64,000 nt of DNA from an uncultured archaeon. GTDB taxonomy: Archaea > Asgardarchaeota > Lokiarchaeia > Sigyniarchaeales > SOKP01. Of this stretch, positions 63,175 to 64,000 are shown piece after piece. The position numbers and the translations under genes are program-made. The stretch lies in assembly GCA_964653985.1 (NCBI GenBank), contig CAZZIC010000001.1:15489-79488 (forward strand), in the 5' to 3' direction. Numbering within the stretch: the first letter of the stretch is position 1; the number at the start of each line of letters is the position of its first letter. The notes beneath the pieces are model-generated. The model saw nothing but the letters and a program-made list of their open reading frames with translations, did no database searches and had not been told where the DNA came from.

Positions 63175-63356
63175 AATGAAAACTTAATTATAATTTTATT
63201 CTTTAAAGAAATACTTCTTTAAAATATTAAATATTTAATCTGTATTATAAAATGAGTTAAAAATAACCTAAAATGAACTAATCAAAAATAAGTTATACAA
63301 CCTTAAATTATGATAAAAAAGTCCTATCCTCTTCTATCCTAAAAATAAGGGTTAAA

Positions 63357-63524
63357 TTAATGTAATTCAGTAATTTGAGTAAGAAGTTTTTCTTTTTCAT
63401 CTTCTGTAGGTTCAGTATGACTCTCAATGGCTCTACAATGATCTATATAATTTTTCATTAACTCTTCAACTGTTCTCCCGTGTATTCTAGCCTCACATTT
63501 AGGACATTCCAATACTTTAGTCAT
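63357..63524 (-). CDS. 55-aa small protein with an N-terminal CxxC and His/Cys-rich core
   Basis: The sequence is MTKVLECPKCEARIHGRTVEELMKNYIDHCRAIESHTEPTEDEKEKLLTQITELH. It falls below the ORF-track cut-off and has an ATG start. Confidence 0.4.
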   Translation of the reverse strand: MTKVLECPKCEARIHGRTVEELMKNYIDHCRAIESHTEPTEDEKEKLLTQITELH

Positions 63525-64000
63525 AATATTTTCCCCTTAGGTTTTTATTATTTTTATATTATTGAAATAGAATGTTCTATTCAAATATTAATATTAATAA
63601 ACAATTTTTAGGTTAATCTTTAATGACAATTCTTAAGTAGAAATACGCAAATATAAATTCAATATTTATAATTTATTACGTTTTTCCGAATATAAAATAA
63701 GGTTAGCTTTAAAGAATCTTTCTATGGAAGGCATTTGAATCTTATTCTAGACAGAATAGGAAAGAGAGAAAAATATTACAATTTCTAATTATTTTTCAAT
63801 TAACAAAATTTCTAACTCAAGAGACTCCCCTTAGCATGAAAAAATTCATGATTTTATGCTCCAAAATCGATTTGAAATTAAAACTTTAATATACAAATTT
63901 AAATAACCGACTGAAATAATGATTATTATGGTAAATACGCATAATAAAACCTTTTTCGGAATCGACTCAGCGCTTTTAATAAGAAGCGATTCCAAAAAAA

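Noticed and set aside
1-64000. CRISPR arrays, rRNA/tRNA genes, transposases/integrases
   Set aside because: I looked for regularly spaced 25-40-nt direct repeats and for GC-rich islands in the AT-rich spacers, which are the usual visual signature of structured RNAs in such genomes. I found none. No ORF shows DDE, tyrosine- or serine-recombinase motifs. A covariance-model scan (tRNAscan/Infernal) would be needed to exclude small ncRNAs.
63919-64000. Open frame MIIMVNTHNKTFFGIDSALLIRSDSKK running off the right edge, and an imperfect hairpin GGAATCG...CGATTCC at about 63958-63993
   Set aside because: Only 27 codons are visible, so there is no way to judge coding potential. The hairpin is followed by an A-run rather than a T-run on this strand, so it is not a convincing terminator.

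Overview
The window is strongly AT-rich (GC not computed) and gene-dense. I support about 52 protein-coding genes. I recognised no rRNA, tRNA, CRISPR array, transposase or integrase. The organism looks archaeal and probably Asgard (Lokiarchaeia-like). This is inference from gene content only: Rab/Arf-like small GTPases, Roadblock/LC7 proteins, a gelsolin-domain protein, HEAT-type solenoids, TATA-type promoters with GGAGG-type ribosome-binding sites, and a CDP-alcohol phosphatidyltransferase. Housekeeping and metabolic genes include purD (partial), a tandem nitroreductase, a corrinoid-protein/URO-D methyltransferase/Fe-S module, thiolase, a dipeptide epimerase, M32 carboxypeptidase, a flavodoxin-ferredoxin protein and a LuxC/LuxE-like pair with a FIST protein. 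Also present are a SpoU-type RNA methyltransferase, EamA/MFS/CDF transporters, a GNAT and a sensor histidine kinase. The stand-out region is 8.1-27.6 kb, which holds two convergent gene arms that meet stop-to-stop. The minus arm is an apparent eight-gene operon: a 1491-aa Cas4/Dna2-type Fe-S nuclease fused to an SF1B helicase, then Mre11/SbcD, Rad50/SbcC, an 84-aa acidic protein, a second divergent Rad50-like ATPase, a 175-aa unknown, a MoxR-type AAA+ ATPase and an 850-aa vWA protein. The plus arm carries two unknown proteins (possibly Ku-like, unverified) and a minimal ATP-dependent DNA ligase. This is not the canonical archaeal herA-mre11-rad50-nurA layout. It could be a eukaryote-like DSB-resection/end-joining supercluster or an uncharacterised NTP-dependent defence system. 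A second notable locus (42.4-46.1 kb) links a longin-GTPase, two Roadblock/LC7 proteins and a gelsolin-domain protein in one apparent operon. All domain calls rest on motifs read by eye and none has been checked by a database search.
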